Of a stretch of DNA of 64,000 bases, positions 36,596 through 48,070 are shown piece by piece. The position numbers and the translations under genes were made by a program. Every line of letters starts with the position of its first letter. Position 1 is the first letter of the stretch. The notes under the pieces were generated by a model, which saw nothing but the letters and a program-made list of their open reading frames with translations, was not told the origin of the DNA and did no database searches. Source of the stretch: Cystobasidiomycetes sp. EMM_F5 (taxonomy: Eukaryota); contig JBPGPT010000050.1 in the NCBI GenBank assembly GCA_051047955.1, forward strand, positions 1-64,000, read 5' to 3'.

Positions 36596-38541
36596 ATGTT
36601 GGCTCGGACAGCTCTCTTCCGCTCCAACCACTCGAGCTTCCGACAACCACCTCGAACACTACTTGCTCCCATCACTCGCACATTCGCATCATCCAGACCA
36701 TCAGACATGAAGGTCGGCGTGGAAACATAATCGTCAAAGTCGTCTAATCTCACGCTTCGTCGTCTCAAACAGGTTCTCGCAGTACTCTACCAAGGCGGTG
36801 TTCACGCTGAGGAGGTGTGCACATGTCAAAAACCGACTGGCTCCACGTTGCTCATTGTTGACACGCTCTTCCATCTCGTCCGTAGCAACCACGCCTCCTC
36901 GGAACCATCGAAAATTCGCTCGGAATCAAGGTATGTTCGATCTACAGCACGAAGCTCGTATCCGCTCTCATGCACCGGTTCCTAATACGTGTCTCATGTT
37001 CCCCGCAGGACTGGCTCGAGTCGCAGGGCCGTAAGCTCACCTATCTAAAGAGGGCTCGGCTTTGCGCGATACTGATTCTTGCGCTCCCCTCGCTCGTAAT
37101 ACAGACACCTACAAGGTCGTCTACGACAAGGTGGGTGTTCCGCGTATCCGACGGCTTGCGGATGCGGTGTCCGAAAATAGGGGTAGCAATACTGATCTTG
37201 TAAATTTGGTCAACAGGAAGGCCCAAATTCGGAATTCCAGAAGGAGATTGTCGATGCAGACATCCTGATGTGCGTGACTGAGAGTTGTTGACGTAGTTAT
37301 CCTGCTCTGACTGACAACTTTCACAGCACAACTCCCTTCCACCCTGGTTATGCGACACGCGAGGTCATTGCAAAGGCGAAGAACTTGAAGGCCTGCATCA
37401 CTGCAGGTGTCGGGTATGTCGCTTGAGTTCACTGCTGCACTGCTGCAGAAGTGTGCTGACGATTCTTCCTTGTCGTTTGCCACCTCCCGAACTTCAAACT
37501 TCAATCTCTTCTAACCTGGTTAAACCGCTTTCAAACATTGCTCTACGCATGTAGCTCCGACCATATAGACCTGAATGCCGCTAACGAACGCAAGATCCTG
37601 GTCGCCGAGGTTACTGGCTCGAATGTCGTCTCGGTGGCAGAACACGTTGTCATGCAAATCCTCATTCTCGTCCGAAACTACAATGTCGGCCACGAGCAGA
37701 TCCTCAGAGGGGACTGGAACGTAGCTCAAGTCGCCAAGAACGCTTACGACCTTGAGGGCAAGGTTGTTGGTACCCTTGGTGCTGGACGTATCGGGTTCCG
37801 TGTACTGCAAAGATGCAAGCCTTTCGACTGCGCCAAGCTGTGAGTGCATATGCCACATTCTCACAATACGCTAAGCTTTACTGTCTGCTGCAGCACATAC
37901 TACGACTATCAAAATCTGCCAAAGCACGCTGAAGAGGAAGTTGGGGCTGTCCGCGTCGAAGATCTCAAACAATTCCTGTCTGAAGTTGATGTCCTCACCA
38001 TTAACGCACCTTTGCACGAGGGTACGCTTGGCCTGATCAACAAGGAAAAGCTGTCCTGGATGAAGAAGGGCGCTTGGATCGTCAACACTGCTCGTGGAGC
38101 TATTTGCGTAGCCGAGGATGTAGCAGAGGCAGTCAAGAGCGGCCACATTGCTGGATACGCCGGAGACGTATGGAATCACCAACGTATGCAATCTTGTCAA
38201 ATTCGCTTGTATATGGAGACTGACGCGGAATTTCTCAGCTGCACCAAAGGATCACCCTTGGAGAAGCATGTTCTACAAGAACGACCAGACTCAGGGTGGA
38301 AATGGTATGGTACCGCACTACAGTGGAACCACACTCGATGCGCAAAAACGATACGCCGACGGTGTCAAGGACATTCTCGACCGATTCTTCAACGGCAAGG
38401 AGCAGGTCCCAGCCAACGTCATTTGCATTGACGGTGACTACGTGCGTAATCTTTTGCGATTACCGTGCAGGCCTTGCAAGTTGACGATGCAATCATCATT
38501 CACAGGGCACAAAGGCGTACGGCGAGCGCAACAAGAAGTAG
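36596..38541 (+). CDS. FDH1: NAD-dependent formate dehydrogenase, with presequence-like extension from ATG 36596 and canonical start at 36707
   Basis: About 10 introns. Spliced MK|VLAVLY...PRLLGTIEN...TTPFHPGY...TAGVG|SDHIDL...[45 protein letters not shown] at 38539-38541. Confidence 0.96.
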
Positions 38542-38781
38542 AGTCCTTTCTGACAGCAGGAGGATCGCGAGTAGCCTTGAGTGTCATGTGGCGGTAAAAT
38601 AACAATGAAATGCAAATGAAATGAAGCCGCATCAATGTCCTTGTCTGTGATTGATTTTTGCATCTGGGAGTGTCAGACATGTTCCTGGACGGCTCGCTTC
38701 TGAACCACCAGGTAAAATGCATTTCATGTAACCTGGGTAGGACGCTGCCTTGCACCTGGTTCCGCTACGTGTTACGACTCC

Positions 38782-40754
38782 ATGTCGGTCGCTTCCGAGG
38801 CGATTCCTACCGACTCGACCGCCCGCACACCTGACGGGTCGCTTGGCTTCAAGCGCAAGAGGAGCAGAGCAGGCTGCCTGGTGTGCAGGAATGACCGTAA
38901 AGGCTGCAATGAAGAGCATCCGACATGTGCAAGATGCGCCAGACTGGGATATGCTTGCGTCTGGCCAAACGGTGACAATGACCGAAGTATTCGTCAGAGG
39001 TGGAAGCCTTTACCTCGCAAGAGGGCCACACTAACAGACACACCGGAAAGCACACCCCCACCTCCTCCAATATCTGCATCTTCATCCATCGCGACTTTGG
39101 CACCTTCAGATGCAGTCTCCCTACCTGGTATTCAGGGAACCACAACATGGTCGAGCAATCTGCCTGCGTTGCCCAGTGCATCTCAAAGTGCAGCTCTTCC
39201 CCCTGCGACCACGTCACACTCAATTGGTCCCTCACACGAACTGACGGCAGACGAATTGTTCAGACTACTCGGAATGCCAGAGTGAGCGCGTCAACGTTTA
39301 TTTGCCTTACGCATCCGCTAATGTGACTCTGTAAAGTACTACTGGCCCGTCTATGAATTCTCACTTCTGGCAAGACACGTCTTTGTACGGACTGGAGTAT
39401 GACGTCCGGGAAATCGACACCTTATTAGCTCTCACCGGACAGCAAGCAGAAGATTCAGACCACAATCTACCCGCATCGCAGGACCGCGTTGCCATTCCAC
39501 GTCAACAGCTGGAGGCGGTTGCCAAGAAGTTGCCTCGTAAGATCTACGCTCTGATCGATAAGATAGTCAAGGAACAGGAAGGAAACCAAGAACCGATACT
39601 ACCAATCGCTTATCTGATAAATATGGCAATGTGGATGCCGTCACGCGCCGTCGAGGAGCTTGTTAGTCACGCAAAACATGTCTACCCAAGCGGATCTACC
39701 CTGCGTAACGTGGTGCGCAGTGTCGACGAAGCGGCTTCGCATGTGCTCGCAGTCAGCCCCGCATCGTCCGTCAAACAGCTAATAACAGTGGAAGAGATTT
39801 GCGAGATACCAAACATATCGGTCGAGACAAAGATGCATGCTCTTATGGATCTAGGTTTCCGGCACGTAAGTCTCAACGCTGTACGACTGTCTACTGGTAC
39901 TCATTAGACTTTGACAGTTCTTCATTGCCGGCGCCCCAAAGTGGTATGAACACCTTACAGAGGTTGAGCTTTTCCTCTGCAAGTATCTCAAGTCTGGTCA
40001 GACTCTCAACCTCGGTGCTCTCGTCAGCATGGCCCATTTCGGCCTCATAAACTTTTGCTGGGGTGATATCTGTCGTTCGGTAGCGCTTGCTAAGCCAACA
40101 ACCTTTCCCTATGTCTTTCAACCGGAAGATAGACAGAGGTTCACAGGCACCGAATTCACCAACGGCTCTATTGATACTGTAAATTGTCTCATTTCGGACA
40201 TTTCCACATTCCGTTTTATGCTGGATCGCGACATATCAAGTCGAATCGGCGTTGACACGTTGAACAGTGTTTATCAAGCAAAGGCGAATGCTATCCTACA
40301 CAATCTCCGTATCTTTACTCCTGTTATATCGCCCGAAGATGCAGATCCTGAGACAGATTCCATAGAGAACGTCGCGACCGTTGCAGTTCAGGAGGTCTGG
40401 CGTCAGGCTGCACTCATCCACTTTTACCAGAGCGTATACCGATGTCCAGCAACGCATGCACCACTACAAGCATGTCTCCAACAAATTCTCCACCTCGGCA
40501 AAATTATCGAGATGACCGGACCTATCCTTCTCGAAGCGCTGCTCAGCTTGCCCCTCTTTCTCGCTGCATCAGTCGCCGTCACGAAAACAGATAGGCAAGC
40601 GTGTAGGAACCGTCTGAATGGTCTCGGGAACGCTGTAGCGCATAAACAAAACACTGCCCTAATTGAGCACGTATGGGCCGAGCGCGATCGGCTGGGCCAG
40701 CACATCGACTGGCACGACTACGCATCCGAGGCCAACGGTCCTTCTTTCATGTAA
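38782..40754 (+). CDS. Zn(II)2Cys6 transcription factor with fungal-specific C-terminal domain
   Basis: Binuclear cluster RSRAGCLVCRNDRKGCNEEHPTCARCARLGYACVW. C-terminal QEVWRQAALIHFYQ and LPLFLAA segments. Confidence 0.9.
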
Positions 40755-41416
40755 GGCCAGAATGCCTCGCAGAAGCCTGCATTGGGGATGTGTACTCGGT
40801 CTGGCCGATCATCTGACAATTTTTTCAGCGAGACATACGGGTCGCGTTTGCCTAAATGCACGCGTTCAGCAATCAACGAGTATGCAGCGAGCTGAAGCAG
40901 CAGAGGCTGCAGCTGGTCATTGCAAAGATCCGGCTGATTTGACGAGGGGGCGTCCCGATATGCAGCTTTGTCGGATGGACGTCAATCCCCCTCTATCTGC
41001 TTATAAAGCGTACTTGACGCGCATGCATACGCGTCTGATGCTGCGGAAACCCGCTGAAAAGCACATCCTGGCCTGGGCCGGAGTTTCGAAATTTCGATCG
41101 GTCTCTGGCCCCTGACGGGACGTGTCAACCCGCAGATTCGGCCAAAATAATATGGCAGATTATTTCGTTTATCCTTTGAGGAATCACAGCAAGCACGGGG
41201 ACAATTCCGATGTGTGATGGGGCCTGGGGCGTTACGGCCGTGCATTCTATGTATATACACGAGCGCAGTGGACGGGACATACGGAATTTGGGGGCGATAA
41301 AGTCACTACAGTATTTCCAGACGACGATGAAGGCCATAAGCACGCAAAAACGGCTTTAGTTGCCCTCTTTCTGCTTTCTACGTTCTTTCGCTAGATCTAT
41401 CCGTCTGCTCAACACC

Positions 41417-42688
41417 ATGTCTGCCACCCAACTAGCTACTCCATCCACTCTAGCCGCAGCCGTCAGCCAATACGGCCTCACACCATCTGACTTTACCGAC
41501 CTGAGTCCGCAAGCCATTCAACAGTTACTGATTGACGCGACAAGCTGCCCAAGCGTGACGACCGTTACCTTTTTTTGTGAGCCCATTCTAAGCAAATAGT
41601 CCACTTTGTCGGGCCTGACTTCAACTGCTTCAGCTGTCCCAATCTACTCGTACTTTGGACTTCTTCTGATACTTGCTGGTACTTCGCAATGGCTAGTCAA
41701 GCGTTTCGTCCCGACATTCTCGGAGCTATCTCGTACAAACCAAAAGACAAGCGTTATGTACATTGTCAACATCATCGTCACAACCATTGCCCTCGTCTTG
41801 CAACTACTGGCGTGTCCCATGCTAGCTCAAGGTTATACGGAAGAGCGTTTTGGATATGCCAGGCTTGCCGCCTCCTTAGTTGTCGGCCTCTACCTCTTCG
41901 AAGCGATCTATCGCCAAATGCGGTGGCAGATGCTGATGCATCATGTCTGTACCATCATTGCTATCTTCCTCGTAAGGGCTCTGTTTCAGACGTGGGCTCG
42001 ATCTTGAACTCATAGACTTCTAATAGGTGATCATTTCCATCCCGCAAACACATCATCCAAGCGTCATTGCTATCGGATTGGCTTGGCTGTTTCAAGCTAC
42101 TGCGGAGCAAACAGTCTTTCTCGGTCTATTGCTCTGTGAGTCCCTTGCTCGGAAGGAGACAAGCAGCTGAGACAATTGCCCGTAGATCGGTTCCGTGCTT
42201 CAGCCCGTCTGGTCCGCAATATCCTTCGTGCTTCTGCCATACAGACATTGTATGTTCAATTGACGAAGCGAGATCTTGGTTATCAAGGCTAAACTCTTTG
42301 TCTCTGCAGAATCGTCAAGTTCGGTTTTGGCATTTACGTTCTCGCCATATGGGCCGCCAAGGATTCGCACAATACGAAATACTCATTGGATATTGGCTTC
42401 AGCGTCATTCTCGTCCTCATGGTGGTACTGCTCATCGCAGTGCAGTTCTGGGGTGCTTGGGTGACTTGGAAGATTGGCTCGGAGGTCGCTTCACGATACG
42501 AAAAGCAACTGGCGAGTACCGCAATCTCCACGACCTCGAATGATGTCTGCAGCAACTCTACGAGCTTCACCATCATTGACGAGGATGTGGAGGCCTGCTA
42601 CACGCCCGATTCGCTTGCATCAGACAAGACGTTTGCCGACACCTTTGCTGCGGCGGAATTGAGCCGACATTCAGTGCCGCCAGCTTGA
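41417..42688 (+). CDS. Polytopic membrane protein, TLC-domain-like
   Basis: Several hydrophobic helices across spliced exons and the motif YLFEAIYR...MLMHHVCTIIAI. Confidence 0.6.
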
Positions 42689-42955
42689 ACATGTTTTGAC
42701 ATGGTTGATGTATCGATCTAGGCTCAGGGGTTCTTTTCTTGTAGAAAATGCGTCTAGATAGATGCGCCTTGTATCATTGTATAGAAGTCAATGTGAACTA
42801 GGATATACCTTATTGTAACGGTAGATCTAACGCGCGCACACAGTACAAAGCAACGAAAGGCCATTGCCCATTTACACAACATCTTTGGACTTTCTTGAAT
42901 GTGCACAATCGCGACTTCACCTTGGCTCTTTGTAATTCACTAGGTCCCTCTCAAT

Positions 42956-44082
42956 ATGGCTGACACTGCAGAGGCATCAACATCAGCAGTCCCGTTCTTC
43001 AAGAAGAAGTTCAAAAAGAGCGCTGCCGTATCGTCCTCTTCTGCTGCTTCGTCGTCAACACCTACATCCTCATCAGTCAGCACGACTCGAAGAAAACGCT
43101 CAATATCGCCCACGCGAGGAGAGCGGTCAGACGAACAACGACGTGTGGATGGTCGTAGTACAAGAGATGCTGCGGAAGATGATGCACCCGCAGTGGTTCG
43201 GCTGAAGAAGAGGCAGCAGTACAATCCGTTGAAGCAGGGCACAAGCAGCAAACGTTTACGATCTGGGCAAGCAGCAAACGAAGGTTCTTCGGATGATGAT
43301 ACTGTGGACGACTTTACGGTTCAATACGCGGATCGTAAACCTTCGTCAGCGCCAGCTGACCCAACTTTGGATCACGGTCAAGTGCTTGAGGGAGACGCTG
43401 CTCTTGCGAAAATGGGGGAGTTGCCCGCTGCGGACGGTTTATATCACGGATCATCCCAGTATCAGTCACAGCTACCGACCGGCGCTTCCAAATATGCTCC
43501 CATCAAGGGCCCCTCTGCAAACATTCGAACAATAACGCTCATGGATTACCAAGCAGACGTTTGCAAGGACTACAAAGAGTGAGTGCATTTGCAATACATA
43601 GCATTTGCATCTTGAGAGCTAACATCCTCGGGTACAGGACCGGGTGGTGCGGTTTCGGCGACTCGTGCAAGTTTCTCCATGCGCGAGAAGACTATCTCCA
43701 CGGGTGGCAGATGGACTCTATACTACCAGGACTGTCGAATTCAGCCAAAGCGGTCGCAGAGATAGTGGAAGACGAGCTGCCGTTCGCATGCTTGATATGT
43801 CGGGAACCATTTGGCGATCCGCCGCACGATGCAGTCGTCACTCGCTGTGGGCATTATTATGGCTCATCTTGCGCAATTGCGAGGTTTCGAAAGTCTCCAA
43901 AATGCTTTGCCTGTGGCGCCAGTACTGGTGGCATATTCAATAAGGCGACCAAGATCCTCGAAAGAAGGGAAAAGAACCAGCAGACTCGCATCAAACACAA
44001 GGAGCAAACAGAAGGGGCGGACAATCCGTACGGTGACGAGGCGGAGGGTATACAAATAGAAGGCTTGCAAGAAGAGTCATAG
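42956..44082 (+). CDS. CWC24: Pre-mRNA splicing factor Cwc24 (CCCH plus RING)
   Basis: NIRTITLMDYQADVCKDYKE|TGWCGFGDSCKFLHAREDY and LPFACLICRE...VVTRCGHY...KCFACGASTGGIFN. Confidence 0.95.
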
Positions 44083-44091
44083 GTCGAGCTG

Positions 44092-45110
44092 CTATGTCAC
44101 CATACTGTATTGCCATACCGAGCGACCAATGCCAGCGAAATCATCTTTGATATCGGTCCTTCGGTCTGTGTCCTGCAAAATTCGACTGACGGCCTCTGCT
44201 TGGCCTTTGCCTACCTCCGTGACCATGCATACTATATTGCTAGTCGGTCCCCGCAGGATGTCACGGCTCAGAACGGCAAGTCGATGATAGAAGGCGAGTC
44301 CGGCTTCATCTTGTGCTTCCGGGTGTCCACGCGAACCTACCAGAGCCCGTCTGTCTTCATACAGCTTGACCGATGCGTCGAGACTGTCGTAGTCGGAGGG
44401 AGCGATGTAAGGAGGGTTGCTAACGAGCAAATCAAATTTCTTCTGCCTGTCTGTGCTGCAAATCGATGCAACGAAGTCATCGGAAAAAATATCGGCTTGA
44501 CGGAAGGATATGTTGTGAATGTCTTCTTTTCCCTTATTCTGCTCGGACAGCTCAATAGCTCTTGCGGAGATGTCAACGCCGACGACTTTCACGGAATACT
44601 TTGCAAGGCGTTTTGCCAGAAGCAGACCGATGCATCCGCTGCCACAGCAGACATCGAGGATACGAAAGGGACGTCGCAGATGACCTTGTGAAAGGTGGGA
44701 TAGAAGCACGTCGCAAAGATGAACTGCCCATTCTTCGGTCTCCGGTCGTGGAATGAGAATTGGGCGCTTGACATCCAATTCTAGCTCTCCGAAAGGTTGA
44801 GTTTCTGTGCTCCGTGGTTAGTGGAGGTCTTCATTATTTCTAGCTGTACGTAATCACCTAAAATGTATGCCAAAGGCTCGTGGGTTTCCGTATATCGACG
44901 GCACATCTGTGTGAGATGGCCATCTACATTATCGGGTTTTCTGCTCGACAAAGCTTCCCGGAACCATCGAAGAGTACTCTCTGATGCATCTTGAGCATCG
45001 GAAAGGCTGAAGCGTGCGTTTTGTGCAAGATTATAGGTCGTCAGACGGTTTGTCAGGATTCTCGTCAGATGACCGCGGCCGATGAGGAAGGAGGGGAGAG
45101 AGGTGTGCAT
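44092..45110 (-). CDS. MTQ1: HemK/PrmC-family release-factor glutamine methyltransferase, probably mitochondrial
   Basis: Contains EPLAYILG, LIPRPETEEW, ILDVCCGSGCI and VSNPPYI. Basic N-terminus; one intron. Confidence 0.88.
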
Positions 45111-45346
45111 GTCTCCATTTCTGATTGTTAGTAAATCATTTGGTAACTGCCGACTGCTTGTATGCGCATTTCCCAGCGTTTTGTCCAAATCATTCTCCAG
45201 GATCTCGATGGAGACTGACCATCTTTCGCTTTTTCCCAACGAAATCCGTACAAACTGAACGCGGTCTATCAGAACGCCCAATATTCTGCTGAGAACACTG
45301 TCCACCGCCTGTCCACCACTAGAACTATAGCGTTGGCCGCTGTTTG

Positions 45347-45489
45347 ATGCCCTGTGAGTCACAGCTTCCCGGCCTCATCCCTCAAATCCAGCACTGACTG
45401 CCATGCCATCCGTGCCCGCCCAATGCCCGCTCACAGCAAACGAAGACTACCTGAGTTGTCAGCTGTGGTCAACACTGACGTCCGCCTGA
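45347..45489 (+). promoter_or_regulatory. Upstream ORF encoding an arginine attenuator peptide (AAP)-like sequence
   Basis: The frame ...AAC GAA GAC TAC CTG AGT TGT CAG CTG TGG TCA ACA CTG ACG TCC GCC TGA (NEDYLSCQLWSTLTSA*) ends 87 nt before the CPA1 ATG. It matches the AAP core DYLSDHLW at D, Y, L, S, L and W. Confidence 0.85.
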
Positions 45490-45576
45490 GCCTGAACGCT
45501 GTCCGCACCATCGCTGTGCCAGGATTTTCCATCAAACTCGGTTCTCTGCGTCGACGGACTTTTCGCAAACTATATA

Positions 45577-47242
45577 ATGTCGTTTATAGCGACCTCAACG
45601 TCGAGGATGGCGAGCATACGAACAGCATCGTCTGCACTGCGTCGTGCTCGGCCATACGCAACAGTCTCATCCCTGTTCCCGTCCTTGACCAAGGCCCTGT
45701 CGCCCAATCAGCAGACTGTCCGCGACACCACCATCCCAGCGACACTCCACCTCAAGACTGGTGAATCCTTTACTGGCACATCGTTTGGAGCTACACAGTC
45801 GCGCTTCGGAGAGACAGTCTTCAGCACTTCCATCACTTCCTACACCGAGTCCATGACTGACCCTTCATACTCGTCGCAACTGCTCGTCTTCACGACTCCT
45901 ATGATCGGCAACTATGGTGTCCCGCAAAACAAATTGTCACCTTCAGCTACAAACGGTCCGGCTATGACTCTAGAGTCTGGCAAGATTGAATGCCAGGGAG
46001 TCATCGTGTCGGACGTCGCGGAAAAGTACTCGCACTACCTCGCCAAGGAATCGCTTCACGAGTGGTGCGTCCGCTACGGTGTTCCGGGCATCACAGGTGT
46101 CGATACTCGTGCCATCACCAATCTGCTACGCAACCACGGTACCACTCTCGGCAAGATTGCTGTTGGCGAGGGCCACGATATCAGTCCTAGCGCGGAAGAG
46201 TACTGGGATCCTGCAAAGGAGAACCTTATCGCACAAGCTTCCACAAAGTCGGCATACACTCTCAATGACAATCCAGAGGATCGCAACCAGGTCAAGATTG
46301 CCCTGCTAGACTTTGGCGCCAAGGCCAACATTATGCGTTCCCTTGTATCGCGTGGAGCGAGTGTCACTGTGCTGCCATGGGATACGCCGCTTGACTCCAG
46401 CCTCATGTCATCTTTCGACGGTCTCTTCCTCTCCAACGGGCCAGGGGATCCCATGTACGGCCGCCCAGCTGCTGAGCAGGTCCGCCAACTCATCTATTCT
46501 GACTGGTGGTGCGACAAGCCCGTCTTTGGCATCTGCATGGGCAATCAAATCCTCGGTCTCGCTGCCGGCTTGGAAACCTATCGTATGCCGTACGGCAACC
46601 GTGGACACAACCAGCCAGTCCTTGCCCTCGCTTCTTCTGGAGTCATCAGGAAGGGTCGCATCTACGTGACCAGCCAGAACCGTGAGTATAATGCTGCTCT
46701 ACTTGTCACTTGTATGTGACTGTACAGTTGCGCAAATTCTGACGGTCGGATTCTTCCAACTTTGGTCTCCGCAACCACTACGTCTGCTCCCGTACAGATC
46801 AGTATGCAGTCAAGCTAGCCGATTTTCCCCATGACTGGGAACCGTTCTTCATCAATGCTAACGTGAGACACACCATAATGTCGTTGGCCGAATGTTGCGA
46901 CACTTCCCGCTGACCGAGCTTTACGATTTTGTATCTGCTGCTCAGGACTCGTCTGTCGAGGGCATCAAGACTACCTTAGAGTCGGGCAAGAAAGTCTGGG
47001 GTACGTTATACGTTACATCTCAACGTCTGTGAATAAACTGAGCAAACGGTATTTTCCCAGGCGTCCAATTCCATCCGGAATCTGCTGGCGGCCCACTCGA
47101 TACAATGGCCATGTTTGACTCTTTTTTGGACGAATGCCTTGCATCCAAGCTTGTCCTGTCGGGTCAGTCATCACCGGCGGCATCAGGTGGTTTGGGAGCA
47201 ATGACTGGCAAGCCCAGGATGAGCCAACAGCCGTCTGCTTGA
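45577..47242 (+). CDS. CPA1: Arginine-specific carbamoyl-phosphate synthetase small subunit, with mitochondrial presequence
   Basis: Contains GETVFSTSITSYTESMTDPSY, PMIGNYGVP, LSNGPGDP, FGICMGNQ (catalytic Cys), GNRGHNQP, TSQN|H and GVQFHPE. TGA at 47240-47242. Confidence 0.96.
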
Positions 47243-48070
47243 GCTTTTTCATGTCGAGAATCTTGTCGTCGAGACGCCTGGAAACGCATGTTGAATTCAA
47301 TGATGTCTTTGTAGTCTATTCAACCAATACAATCCTGTACCGTTTCCTCTGCAGCCTTGGATTCGCGCCTCGCCTGCCTGCTTTTTTGCCCTCACACCAG
47401 TCTTGACGAAAGACGGAAATCTGCAACTTACATCCACCAGAGCAGGACATATTCCTTGACTCAAGCATCAGTATGTCGCACATCCAGGCTAGCCTGCAGT
47501 GCTGATATTCGGCGACCCTTTCAGGCTTGCTTGACGGATGGTCTGGTAGGAAACAAGGCTGGTACCACTGGAAAGTCACAGCGAGACATGCAAGGTCAGT
47601 GGCATTTCAAGATATTGGAGACCTCTATCGTATCCGCACGGTGTGGGAATCCCGGGTTCATCCTGGCAGCAGGGCAGCCCGCTGTAATGGACCGCTAGCC
47701 CGACGCCAGCTCGATCAAACATGCAAGGCGCATCTACGACACCACGTAGTGCCGCATGCACGCCCAGGTGTTCGGAAATGGTGGAATACTTTCCGGAAAC
47801 ATTCGCGCACCCTCCTGGATGGTGCCGTCCCCCCTGCGCCGTCCAAAAAGCCACTTCGTGGCACATTATCCGATAATATTCTCCGCCTCGGGAGCACGTC
47901 CTGCTTTGTTCACCTTGCTGACTGTGTCTTTCTTTTGAACAATCTCCTCGGTACGCTGTTTCGTCCTCGGTGGTGCTCCGTTGGCATTTTTCATGCAATT
48001 ATATTGACAATCTCTCGTTAATAACATCCTTACACTAATGACGCCCGAATGATCAGTCAATGGTCACTTG

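Noticed and set aside
47640..47700. tRNA T-arm-like CCGGGTTCATCCTGG and SRP Alu-like GCTGTAATGG
   Set aside because: No cloverleaf or A box was found, and no SRP helix-8 motif downstream.
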